Assembly: GCA_964462875.1 (NCBI GenBank)
Contig: CAYWZQ010000010.1
Span: 3,880-67,879, forward strand
Source: an uncultured Nitrososphaerota archaeon
GTDB taxonomy: Archaea > Thermoproteota > Methanomethylicia > Culexarchaeales > Culexmicrobiaceae
Length of the DNA: 64,000 nucleotides
Direction: 5' to 3'
Numbering within the stretch: the first letter of the stretch is position 1; each line of letters opens with the position of its first letter. The notes below the pieces were generated by a model. The model made no database searches. It saw nothing but the letters and a program-made list of their open reading frames with translations, and was not told the origin of the DNA. Of the stretch, positions 1 through 9,322 are shown in pieces. The position numbers and the translations under genes were made by a program.

Positions 1-349
<349 letters not shown>

Positions 350-379
350 GCAGAGTCATATGATAATCGGTGTCTAATT

Positions 380-850
380 ATGGTCTCGAGTGATCTCTAT
401 AAAATAAGGAGGATGGCAGATTACCAATTTGGCACAGGTGTAGGTGAAATACTTTTTCCATGTGACATAACAATTGAAAAGTCTAAAAGTACTGGTAGAA
501 TACGTAGAATATATCATCAAGGAAAATTAATTGCCACAATTAGAGCAAGTGATGGATTCATAGCCCTCTCAATCGAAGGAGCAAGACGATTAATTAAGCA
601 ACTTCCCAAACCAAAATTAAGAGTAGTGGTTAAGAAAGAAGCTTCAAAGTTCATAAGGAAAGGTAGGAATGTATTTGCCAAACATGTAGTTGAAGTAGAT
701 CCCGAAATCAGGTCTGGAAGCGAAGTCATAGTCGTAGATGAAGAAGATAACTTACTAGCAGTTGGAAGAGCTGTTTTAAGTAGCGTAGAGATGATGTCAT
801 TTAAAAGGGGAGTTGCAGTAAGAGTTAGAAGAGGAGAAGGCGGTGAATAA
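380..850 (+). CDS. PUA-domain RNA-binding protein
   Basis: 156 aa. The C-terminal part (GRNVFAKHVVEVDPEIRSGSEVIVVDEEDNLLAVGRAVLS...KRGVAVRVRRG) looks like a PUA domain. Confidence 0.65.
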   Translation: MVSSDLYKIRRMADYQFGTGVGEILFPCDITIEKSKSTGRIRRIYHQGKLIATIRASDGFIALSIEGARRLIKQLPKPKLRVVVKKEASKFIRKGRNVFAKHVVEVDPEIRSGSEVIVVDEEDNLLAVGRAVLSSVEMMSFKRGVAVRVRRGEGGE

Positions 851-1216
851 ATGAGAAGACTAAGTCCAAGAGAGATGAAGAGACTATTAAGGAAACTTGG
901 AATGCAGCTTGAAGAAATGAAAGACATTGAAGAAGTAATTATAGTCAAGAGACACGAAGTAATTAGGATATCCGACCCCATAGTATCAATGATGAAAATA
1001 GGCGATCAGACAATCTTTCAAATAATTGGTCATCCGGTGATAACCGCCAAGCCAGAAGAGGTAAAAGAAGAAGTAGAAATCCCCGAAGAAGATATTCAAT
1101 TAGTCGCCAGCCAAGCAGGTGTTAGTTTAGAAGAGGCAAGAAGAGCATTAATGGAGACTGGAGGAGACCTAGCCAAAGCTATACTATTACTTACATCAAT
1201 GCGAGATAAGCAGTGA
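851..1216 (+). CDS. nac: Nascent polypeptide-associated complex protein (NAC alpha homolog)
   Basis: 121 aa with a NAC domain and a C-terminal UBA-like segment (EEDIQLVASQAGVSLEEARRALMETGGDLAKAILLL). The start abuts the stop of the upstream gene. Confidence 0.85.
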   Translation: MRRLSPREMKRLLRKLGMQLEEMKDIEEVIIVKRHEVIRISDPIVSMMKIGDQTIFQIIGHPVITAKPEEVKEEVEIPEEDIQLVASQAGVSLEEARRALMETGGDLAKAILLLTSMRDKQ

Positions 1217-1249
1217 ACATATATATCAATAGTTATTAAATTAGACAAG

Positions 1250-1885
1250 TTAAGTAGCTCTAGCTCTCAGCTCCAACTTCTTCTTAATTCTCTTTACTCT
1301 AAAGATGTCCTCTCTTTCCCTTTCAGCCAGGTACAGCTCAATGTATTTTATTGCGCTTTCAATTTTAGGAATAACTATAGATTCAAGTGCATTAACTCTT
1401 CTCCTAACCTTTCTAACTTCCTCTGCTAGTCGCGTTAAAGTGGCACTTGCTTCAGCCAATTTAACAATTCTACTCAAAGCTTTATTGAATTTTTCAATAG
1501 CCACGTCAAGTTGTGAACAAGTGTCTATTAGGCTATAGGGCTTTTCTATAGACTTAAACACAGCATTGAACACTGGGATCAAAACGCCCATTACGTTTCT
1601 GGCTCTCATATCAACCTCTACTGCCTCTGGAATACCAGCAGCTATTCTTTCAAGTTTCAGAGAACCCAATTCCATTTCAGCACCGCTCAATGCCTTAAAA
1701 GCGTCTCTTAAAGCATTGACTACTTCCTCTCTTACCGACTTATAATTTTGTACAGCCGCAAAAAATTCCATTATAAGTGCGTCCTGCTTTTCCCTTAAAA
1801 GCTCCAAGCCCCTCTTAGCCAGCTTTAATCTTCTTCTTAAAGCAAGCAATTCCATTCTAGTAGGTTTAACTTCTATGCCCGCCAT
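1250..1885 (-). CDS. atpD: A/V-type ATP synthase subunit D
   Basis: N-terminus MAGIEVKPTRMELLALRRRLKLAKRGLELLREKQDAL and a coiled-coil C-terminus are typical of subunit D. Confidence 0.9.
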   Translation of the reverse strand: MAGIEVKPTRMELLALRRRLKLAKRGLELLREKQDALIMEFFAAVQNYKSVREEVVNALRDAFKALSGAEMELGSLKLERIAAGIPEAVEVDMRARNVMGVLIPVFNAVFKSIEKPYSLIDTCSQLDVAIEKFNKALSRIVKLAEASATLTRLAEEVRKVRRRVNALESIVIPKIESAIKYIELYLAEREREDIFRVKRIKKKLELRARAT

Positions 1886-1976
1886 ATCTTTCCACCGGTA
1901 CGGACATTACTACTGGTCTCTCAATACTTCATGAAGCAAGAGCCTACATTCGTCTATGCTTAGTTTAATTGCTGAA

Positions 1977-3017
1977 TTAAATATATTTGCGCATATCTTC
2001 CGGTGTTGCGCATGGCAAGATCACATCTTTCATTGTTAATAGACCCGGCGGTGCTTTAATTACCTTTGGTATCATATTTATCACCATGCCTACGGTCCCC
2101 CAATCGCCATGAACACATGGAGATATCTTCTGCTGAATTCGAGGTATACCTTCGATAACAATTGAGTCGTATTCTTCTGGTGCACCGACATAGGCCTTAA
2201 ATGTTAGTTCAATGACATCCTTCCCATTCATTAATCCTCTTGCAATCTGCATTAACCCTGCAGCTTGACCTGGCTGTACTTCGACATAGTCAGTCTTAAT
2301 GTATCTATCAGCGATTACTGGCTCAACTGGAGCTACATTAATGTCATCTAAGTGCCACTTTAACGCACTAGCAATCAATGCTATGCTCTGCTCCAATCCT
2401 ACATGCCCAGTTATCTCTTTACTAGCTATTTTTCGCTTAAATTCCTCAACTGTTAATCCAGCTCCTATTTTCTTCTGAAATGGACCTCTGCGAGTGGAGG
2501 CATTTATAACACGCGTGATTGAGATTTTATCAACTTTAATGCAAGGGGATGTCAGTACAATAGGTAGAGTGTCCATTAAGAAGCCGGGGTTTATCCCTGT
2601 ACCTAGGACTGTGCATCCATGCTGCTTGGCTAATCTATCTAGCTCTTCAGCCTTCTTCATGTCAACGATATAGGGGTAGGATAGCTCTTCACAAGTCGAT
2701 ATGACATTAACACCATACTTAATTAGCTCGACCAGCTGATCATATACATCCTTCAGATAAGAACGAGTCATGTGAATTACTACATGTGGCTTGCCCTTTG
2801 ATATTACTTCATCTACTTTATCTGAAATTATCACACCCAGCTTTCGCTCCAAACCTATGAGATCTCCGAGATCACGGCCGATCTTCTTTGGGTCGATGTC
2901 TATTGCGCCAACAATTTCAACTCCGCTTTTCTCGAGCAAAGTTTTTGCAACCAATCTGCCAATAGCGCCAACTCCGTAGAGTACAACCCTTATTTTTTCA
3001 ACTGACAATGTATACAC
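1977..3017 (-). CDS. NAD(P)-binding oxidoreductase, DapB-N-terminal-like / amine dehydrogenase-like family
   Basis: Rossmann motif VVLYGVGAIGRLVAK near the N-terminus; 346 aa; resembles dihydrodipicolinate-reductase-like dehydrogenases. Specific substrate not determinable. Confidence 0.55.
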   Translation of the reverse strand: MYTLSVEKIRVVLYGVGAIGRLVAKTLLEKSGVEIVGAIDIDPKKIGRDLGDLIGLERKLGVIISDKVDEVISKGKPHVVIHMTRSYLKDVYDQLVELIKYGVNVISTCEELSYPYIVDMKKAEELDRLAKQHGCTVLGTGINPGFLMDTLPIVLTSPCIKVDKISITRVINASTRRGPFQKKIGAGLTVEEFKRKIASKEITGHVGLEQSIALIASALKWHLDDINVAPVEPVIADRYIKTDYVEVQPGQAAGLMQIARGLMNGKDVIELTFKAYVGAPEEYDSIVIEGIPRIQQKISPCVHGDWGTVGMVINMIPKVIKAPPGLLTMKDVILPCATPEDMRKYI

Positions 3018-3067
3018 CTCACCGCTCTTAAAGTAGGTATATTGCTTTTATAAGCATAACGAAAAAG

Positions 3068-3145
3068 TGGCGGGCCCGGTGGGATTCGAACCCACGACCT
3101 ACGGCTTAGGAGGCCGCCGCTCTATCCAGGCTGAGCTACGGGCCC
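3068..3145 (-). tRNA. tRNA-Arg (anticodon CCU), CCA encoded
   Basis: The reverse complement folds as a cloverleaf: acceptor GGGCCCG/CGGGCCC, anticodon loop CUCCUAA, T-loop GGTTCGAATCC. Confidence 0.9.
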
Positions 3146-3214
3146 AGCTAGCTGCATCAATTATAGTTTGGTGATAGCAGAAATATAAAATTACTCTTAG
3201 TTTAATCTCGCTTC

Positions 3215-3529
3215 TCAGTTAACCATTCTTTTTTCAATCCATCTAATGAAATCATCAAAAGAGGAAAAAATTATAGGTTCAGGGTGCCTTTTCATATAAA
3301 CCTCCACACGTTCAACTTTGAAGGTGCCAAGAACTTCATATGGGGTTTTACTACCAAATGCTCTAGACCACTCAACTACTCCAAAGTTCTTATCCCTAGC
3401 TCTTATGAGACCATTAAAAGAAAGAATGTATTTTGAACCTTTAAGAAAGAAGAAAGCACGAATTTTCTTTTCCCTCATAAGTTTTAGTGCCCTCATAAAC
3501 TTCTCATGAGAAATGCTCATCAACAACAC
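3215..3529 (-). CDS. Hypothetical protein (104 aa), downstream of hisS
   Basis: ORF only; co-directional with and 10 nt downstream of hisS. No family recognised. Confidence 0.4.
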   Translation of the reverse strand: MLLMSISHEKFMRALKLMREKKIRAFFFLKGSKYILSFNGLIRARDKNFGVVEWSRAFGSKTPYEVLGTFKVERVEVYMKRHPEPIIFSSFDDFIRWIEKRMVN

Positions 3530-3539
3530 CCTCTACGCA

Positions 3540-4856
3540 TCAATTCAATCTCTGCTTATTCCTATTCCTAATTATATTAATTGCCTCGCTTAGAGTAACC
3601 TCGTACTGCATATTTAACTCTAAATCTCTTAGGACTACCTTGCCCTTAGAAATCTCTTTTGTACCGACAATAATTGCAAAGGTAAAGCCTCGAGCACTAG
3701 CATGAGACAGGGCTCTTCTCAAACTTCTTCCCATAACCTCCAACTCAACACCTAAATCATTCTCCCTTAACAAATGAGCTATTTCTATCGCTTTCAATTT
3801 CAATTTAAAATCATTACTTGTTGGAACCACGTACGTTTTAATCTCTTCCCTAAACTTGAAGGGAATATTTAGCTCACTCATTGCTAGTACTATCCTATCT
3901 AAACCCGGGGCATAACCAACAGCTGGAGTTGGCTCACCACCAAATAGCTCAATCAATCTATCATATCTTCCTCCTCCCCCCAAAGCCAATTTAAAGCCCT
4001 CGGCAAAGACTTCAAATATAACCCCAGTATAGTACTCTAATCCCCTCGCAAATCCGAAGTCTAGGATGACACTTTCTACTTCGCAGGCTTTTAAGCACTC
4101 AAGTACTTCTCTCAAATTTTCAAGATGTTTGATGGCTTCGTCATAACCAGTGATAATAGATTCCGCTTTTAATATTAAGTCCTTAGTTGCATACCCCTTA
4201 AGATTGGCTAGTTCACTTATCGTTCTTACGCATCTGGGAGAAGCAGCAAGCTTCTTTAGTCTCATGATAGCTTCACTTAAACGACCTTTATCCATTAATC
4301 CAAAAATTCTATTTTGCTCAGACTCTTCAATAAGTTCGGAGGATAAAATAGCTCTTAAAATGCCTATGTGCCCCAGCTTTATGTAGTATCTTTTGAAACC
4401 CAGCTTCTTCATAAGTAGGTCGGCTATCTCAATTATTTCTGCATCAGCTTCCGGTAATTGGGAACCTATCAGTTCAAATCCTCCCTGCCAAAACTCCCTA
4501 TATCGGGCATATTGTGGTTCATCATATCTAAAACAATTAGCAATGTATCCCAATCTAATAGGCTTCGAGTATCCCCTCAAGTTATTAACATAAAACCTTG
4601 CAATTGAAGCAGTCATTTCAGGTCTTAAAGCTACCTTTCTACCACCTAAATCAGTGAAAGCATACATGCGATGTCTAATTTCCTCACCTGATTTGGCAGC
4701 AAGCAAATCAAACGATTCTAATGTTGGGGTCATGACTTCCTTATAGCCAAATAACCTAAATAGCTCTCTTACAATACTTTTCACGTAGTTCAGCTTTTTA
4801 ACATCTTCCGGTAGGTAATCCCTCATTCCTCTCAATCTTCTATAAACCACCATCAT
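3540..4856 (-). CDS. hisS: Histidine--tRNA ligase
   Basis: RGMRDYLPEDVKK...MTPTLESFDLL..., class II motifs and GGGGRYD near the C-terminal catalytic part. Confidence 0.95.
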   Translation of the reverse strand: MMVVYRRLRGMRDYLPEDVKKLNYVKSIVRELFRLFGYKEVMTPTLESFDLLAAKSGEEIRHRMYAFTDLGGRKVALRPEMTASIARFYVNNLRGYSKPIRLGYIANCFRYDEPQYARYREFWQGGFELIGSQLPEADAEIIEIADLLMKKLGFKRYYIKLGHIGILRAILSSELIEESEQNRIFGLMDKGRLSEAIMRLKKLAASPRCVRTISELANLKGYATKDLILKAESIITGYDEAIKHLENLREVLECLKACEVESVILDFGFARGLEYYTGVIFEVFAEGFKLALGGGGRYDRLIELFGGEPTPAVGYAPGLDRIVLAMSELNIPFKFREEIKTYVVPTSNDFKLKLKAIEIAHLLRENDLGVELEVMGRSLRRALSHASARGFTFAIIVGTKEISKGKVVLRDLELNMQYEVTLSEAINIIRNRNKQRLN

Positions 4857-5740
4857 ACGCCACCTTCGAAATAGGAAAACTTTAAATCCATTCCTCCAAT
4901 AAAAACTGCCAGCATCGCTATGAGCATATAAATAAGCGAGCGATTTTTCAATCCCCTGGCTTTCTCAGCTGATGGACTTGATATTAATAGAACTGAATCA
5001 AGAATGAAACCACATGATGCAATCAAGTAGAGGGGGATATAAATCCATGAAACAAGCCTCATAGCTATGGGCAAAAAACCTGCAGCCACAGCTAATATAT
5101 AGAAAAACAGTGTTAAGAGACTAGCAGCTCTTGAACCATATATTATTGCAACTGTTTTAATTCCCCTATTAAGATCACCCTCGACATCAACAATGCCTTT
5201 GGCAATCTCTCTTCCAGTATTTGCTAAAAAGGCTGCCAGAGAAAATATCTCAAGTAGCAGAGAACTCCTGGACTTCACAGCAAATGAGCCATAAAGAAAA
5301 GGTAGCGAAACGCAAAAACTAACCATGAAGTTACCTATTAATCCGTGAATTTTACCCTTATAACTATATAGAAACGATATTATAATTGCAGCTAAAGCTA
5401 AAATAAAACAATATTCATTTATGAAAAAAGAGGATATGAGTCCAATAAGAGTGAGAAATAAAGCGTATACTACTGCTTCCCTCCTACTAATAGCTCCGCT
5501 GGGAAGCGGTCTCCATGGTGCATTAATTAGATCTACATAATAATCGAAGTAATCATTTATTGCCATGGAAGCTGCCGTCAATGTAAAGGCAGCAGCAAAT
5601 CCCAATAACATAACTATTGAATTGTAAAGACCTTTGTATGCAATTATCATACTTAAAACCACGGCAAAACCCATCATAATACAATTAATAGGTCTAATTA
5701 TCTTAATGAAACCAATAAGCTTTCTACGCAAATATGACAT
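4853..5740 (-). CDS. UbiA-family prenyltransferase, likely digeranylgeranylglyceryl phosphate synthase
   Basis: Multi-pass membrane protein with the UbiA motif NDYFDYYVDLINAPWRPLPSG. 4-nt overlap with hisS. Confidence 0.75.
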   Translation of the reverse strand: MSYLRRKLIGFIKIIRPINCIMMGFAVVLSMIIAYKGLYNSIVMLLGFAAAFTLTAASMAINDYFDYYVDLINAPWRPLPSGAISRREAVVYALFLTLIGLISSFFINEYCFILALAAIIISFLYSYKGKIHGLIGNFMVSFCVSLPFLYGSFAVKSRSSLLLEIFSLAAFLANTGREIAKGIVDVEGDLNRGIKTVAIIYGSRAASLLTLFFYILAVAAGFLPIAMRLVSWIYIPLYLIASCGFILDSVLLISSPSAEKARGLKNRSLIYMLIAMLAVFIGGMDLKFSYFEGGV

Positions 5741-5751
5741 GCAGAGACCTC

Positions 5752-6294
5752 CTATAATCTAATACAAGTCACATCATAATATGTCACTTCACCCTGTCTA
5801 TCAACTATTGCTAAAATGAGGTTTTTTCTTGCACTTCTAGCCTCCTCTATCATTTTTGAAAGCTCCGCTATTTCAATTGGCTTGCCCTCGGTCAGACCAT
5901 AAACTAGATATTTTGCAGGCTCCTTTCCGATCTCAGCCCCCCTACTGTAAACTCTAAAAGATACACCTCCAAAACCGGGCTTCACAACATATCCCCTCTT
6001 CCTTAAATCAGAGTATATCAAGTATTTGATCCAGATTTTAGGATCAATTTTAAGAAATCTTAAAAGAAGCGAGGTAAAGCCCAACTTTTCACTTCCATCA
6101 TAAACGATTAATTTACCACGAAATATAAGATATAGTGCTTCTGGTGGAGATAACTCTAAAACACCATCCCTAAATTCTCCATAATAACCATAGTTCCACA
6201 GCTTCACTGCATCTTCTCCTTCCACAACAACTTTATGACCGCGAAGCCTACCGGTAAAGATCTCCTGGCTCATAGCCGTCTCCAATACTTCCAC
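5752..6294 (-). CDS. endA: tRNA-splicing (intron) endonuclease subunit
   Basis: 180 aa. YLIYSDLRKRGYVVKPGFGGVSFRVYSRG... and the C-terminal catalytic-domain pattern are typical of archaeal EndA. Confidence 0.85.
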   Translation of the reverse strand: MEVLETAMSQEIFTGRLRGHKVVVEGEDAVKLWNYGYYGEFRDGVLELSPPEALYLIFRGKLIVYDGSEKLGFTSLLLRFLKIDPKIWIKYLIYSDLRKRGYVVKPGFGGVSFRVYSRGAEIGKEPAKYLVYGLTEGKPIEIAELSKMIEEARSARKNLILAIVDRQGEVTYYDVTCIRL

Positions 6295-6343
6295 ACTACA
6301 CTAAATATATATTTGTTAGTCAAATCTATCTCTGAGGAACATT

Positions 6344-6862
6344 ATGGAAGAGCCATTAAGAGTTCTAAGTAAGTTCATGAAAAATTTCCAGAAACTGGTT
6401 ATAATGGGTATAGGTAATGAATTGAGAAGAGATGATGCATTAGGAGTAATATTAGTTAGGAAGCTTAAAAAAGAGCTGGCAAAGCGCACTGAAAAAACAC
6501 AGAAGATAGTGTTAATTGAATGTGGAAGCGTTCCAGAAAATTTTCTAGGTTACTTAGAAAAAGAGAAACCAACACATGTTATAATAGTTGATGCAATTGA
6601 TATGAACTTAGATCCGGGAAGTATAGCTATTTTAAATGCAAATGCAATTCCAAGTTACCCCACAATCTCAACGCATAAAGTGTCACCACATATATTACTA
6701 AAGTACATAGAGGAAGTTGTTGGAGCAAGGGTTATTGTGATAGGAGTGCAACCAGAAGACTTAAGTTTTGGTGAAGGATTAACACCTAAAGTGCAATCAT
6801 CCATTGAAATGCTAAGTAGATTACTTGCCAAAATTATTGAAGGGAGAGAAAATGTTTCCTAA
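6344..6862 (+). CDS. [NiFe]-hydrogenase maturation endopeptidase (HycI/FrhD-like)
   Basis: VIMGIGNELRRDDALG...IIVDAIDM motifs are characteristic of hydrogenase C-terminal processing proteases. Confidence 0.85.
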   Translation: MEEPLRVLSKFMKNFQKLVIMGIGNELRRDDALGVILVRKLKKELAKRTEKTQKIVLIECGSVPENFLGYLEKEKPTHVIIVDAIDMNLDPGSIAILNANAIPSYPTISTHKVSPHILLKYIEEVVGARVIVIGVQPEDLSFGEGLTPKVQSSIEMLSRLLAKIIEGRENVS

Positions 6863-7925
6863 AACAATAGAGTGGATTGATGGTAAAGTCAGATTTATAG
6901 ATCAGCTCTCATTGCCGAGGAAATTAAGATTCATAGAAACAACTTCTCCGGAGAGAATAATTGAAGCAATAAAAAACATGGAAATTCGAGGAGCACCAGC
7001 ATTGGGTGCAGCTGCAGCACTTGCACTAGCTTTAACAGCGTTTCACAGCAAAGCTAAAGATTTAGAAAATATTGTGAGGGAACTAAAGAATATCGCTGAG
7101 GAACTCAGGCGATCAAGACCAACTGCAAGAAACTTATTCTGGGCTATTGACCGCATCATGAAAAAGGTTGAAGAATTCAAAGGGAGCGTTGAGGAATTGA
7201 GACAAGTAGTTCTTGATGAGGCAATTAAAATACTTAGAGAGGACATTGAAGTAAACCGCAAAATAGGTGAATATGGAGCGAACCTGATCGAAGATGGAGA
7301 TACCATATTGACATACTGTAATGCCGGCTCTTTAGCTACAGTACACTATGGAACAGCCCTGGGAGTGATAAGAAGAGCTTGGGAAGAGGGAAAGAAAATA
7401 AGGGTAATAGCACCGGAGACGAGACCAAAACTTCAAGGAGCTAGATTAACATGCTTCGAACTAGTTTATGAGGGAATTCCAGTTACTTTGATAACGGATA
7501 ATTCTATAGGGCTCCTCATGACAAAGGGATTAATTGACAAAGTAATTGTTGGTGCAGATAGAGTGCTCAAAGATGGAACAGTTTACAATAAAATTGGAAC
7601 TTATATGATAGCCGTGCTAGCCAAAAGGCACAAAATACCGTTCTATGTTGCTGCTCCAACATCCACATTTGACCTAGAATCTTCAGTAAATGAAGTGGTA
7701 ATTGAGCAGAGAGATCCAAGGGAGGTAATTGAGATATGTGGCTGTAAGCTAGCTCCAGAAGAAGTTGAAGTGATGAATTTTGCCTTCGATATAACACCAC
7801 CAGAACTGATAACAGCGATAATCACAGAGATAGGAGTAATTAGACCACCATATGAAGAAAACATAAGGAAAGCGTTAATAAAGAACCCAGCGCTTCGCCA
7901 AGATAACTCAGATGTAACTAAGTAA
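6852..7925 (+). CDS. mtnA: S-methyl-5-thioribose-1-phosphate isomerase / aIF-2B-like family protein
   Basis: MFPKTIEWIDGKVRFIDQLSLP..., IRGAPALGAAAALALAL, GADRV. ATG at 6852 is preferred over the 6825 start because it follows a GGGAG Shine-Dalgarno-like element. Confidence 0.8.
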   Translation: MFPKTIEWIDGKVRFIDQLSLPRKLRFIETTSPERIIEAIKNMEIRGAPALGAAAALALALTAFHSKAKDLENIVRELKNIAEELRRSRPTARNLFWAIDRIMKKVEEFKGSVEELRQVVLDEAIKILREDIEVNRKIGEYGANLIEDGDTILTYCNAGSLATVHYGTALGVIRRAWEEGKKIRVIAPETRPKLQGARLTCFELVYEGIPVTLITDNSIGLLMTKGLIDKVIVGADRVLKDGTVYNKIGTYMIAVLAKRHKIPFYVAAPTSTFDLESSVNEVVIEQRDPREVIEICGCKLAPEEVEVMNFAFDITPPELITAIITEIGVIRPPYEENIRKALIKNPALRQDNSDVTK

Positions 7926-8247
7926 TAAGTCACTTAGCTTCAACGCTTTCTCTAAGCCATTTTAGCCAATCTCAAGTATGATTAACATAACTACGAACAT
8001 CTATTGATCAACAAAGACTCTTCATTTTACTTCGAGATCAATATCTTCGAAACAGTAAGTCAACCGAAACATTTCGCGCTAGACACGTTGATTATTTTAT
8101 AAAGTAGTGTTAATAGGTAAATAGACTTAATTCTCACATAGTTCATGAATTATTTAATTCATTTACCTTGCTAGCAATCTGATATACTTATGTTGCTAAG
8201 ATAATAGTATTCCGTATGAAAGCTCATTAAAGAATTACAATGGCTAA

Positions 8248-8335
8248 TGGTGCGGGGGGTGGGATTCGAACCCACGAACCCCTACGGGAGCGGATCTTGA
8301 GTCCGCCGCCTTTGACCTGACTCGGCCACCCCCGC
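8248..8335 (-). tRNA. tRNA-Leu (anticodon CAA), long variable arm, CCA encoded
   Basis: The reverse complement begins GCGGGGGTGGCCGAGTCAGG. Anticodon loop CUCAAGA, variable arm, T-loop GGTTCGAATCC. Confidence 0.9.
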
Positions 8336-8431
8336 TTTCATAGGTATAATGCTTTTTGTGAGAGATAAATGTTATTGCGAGAAGTGCATAATATTTAGCT
8401 GGTATAACAGCTAACCCTAAAGGTGGATTTT

Positions 8432-9190
8432 ATGATTAAAGTTGGTTGCTGTGGCTGGGCTGTGAAAGGGGGAAAGAAAGCTTATTTCGAACTTTTTAAC
8501 TTAATAGAACTTCAAGACACATTTTATAAGCTTCCAAAAATTGAAACTGCAAAGAAATGGAGGGAAATGGCGCCGATAAGCTTTGAATTCACGCTTAAGG
8601 CTTGGCAGGTAATAACACATCCGCACACTAGCCCTACATGGAGAAGAGTCAAACTCAAAATTGAAACCAATAAGCTCGATAAATACGGCTTTCTAAGACC
8701 CACGGAGGAGAACTTCAGAGCTTGGGAAGATACATTAGATATTTGCCATGCACTCAATGCGAAAATCTGTGTTTTCCAAACTCCACCGTCCTTCGGCTTC
8801 TCAAGTGATAATGTAAGAAATGTAGAACAGTTTTTCTCTAGTATAAAGAGAGATCAAGTAAAGATTGCATGGGAGCCTCGAGGATCATGGAATGAAAATC
8901 TCAATGTAGTTAAACAGCTTTGCAATTCTCTTGACTTAATTCATGTTGTTGACATCTTTAAAAGAGAACCGGTTTCAAGAACATCAATATGCTACATTAG
9001 ACTGCACGGTATTGGCAAGGGAGAAGTAAACTATAGATACAAGTACACAAATGAAGATCTAAACCTCCTCCTCGAAAAAGTCAAGAAGCTACTATCTTCT
9101 TATGAGGAAGTCTACGTGTTATTTAATAACATATACATGGCTGATGATGCCTTACGCTTCAAGAAACTAGTTGAAAGTAAGGGTATATGA
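8432..9190 (+). CDS. DUF72 family protein
   Basis: MIKVGCCGWAVKGGKKAYFELFNLIELQDTFY resembles the DUF72/UPF0759 N-terminus. ATG 8432 follows AGGTGG; the track start at 8423 is a GTG inside that SD-like element. Confidence 0.7.
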   Translation: MIKVGCCGWAVKGGKKAYFELFNLIELQDTFYKLPKIETAKKWREMAPISFEFTLKAWQVITHPHTSPTWRRVKLKIETNKLDKYGFLRPTEENFRAWEDTLDICHALNAKICVFQTPPSFGFSSDNVRNVEQFFSSIKRDQVKIAWEPRGSWNENLNVVKQLCNSLDLIHVVDIFKREPVSRTSICYIRLHGIGKGEVNYRYKYTNEDLNLLLEKVKKLLSSYEEVYVLFNNIYMADDALRFKKLVESKGI

Positions 9191-9322
9191 AATAAGCCAG
9201 GTATGCAGTGATAGTTAAGCTTAATAGCTTTAGACATAAAATTTTAGCCAGAAAGAGCTTGGAACGGTGTCGGTGATGAAGCGCCAATTTCAAAGAATGA
9301 AATAGAAAGCGTAATCTCGACA

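Noticed and set aside
1250-1885. atpD stands alone with no other A/V-ATPase subunit genes within the window
   Set aside because: ATPase genes are dispersed in several crenarchaeal genomes, so this cannot be judged unusual without the rest of the genome.
2997-3023. My base-by-base reading of the A/T homopolymer near 3000 put the start codon of ORF 1977..3017 one nucleotide off from the track
   Set aside because: Neighbouring track ORFs (2791..2979, 3318..3509, 3215..3529) index correctly, so this is most likely my miscount in a homopolymer rather than a real frameshift. I keep the track coordinates and give all hand-derived coordinates a tolerance of 1-2 nt.
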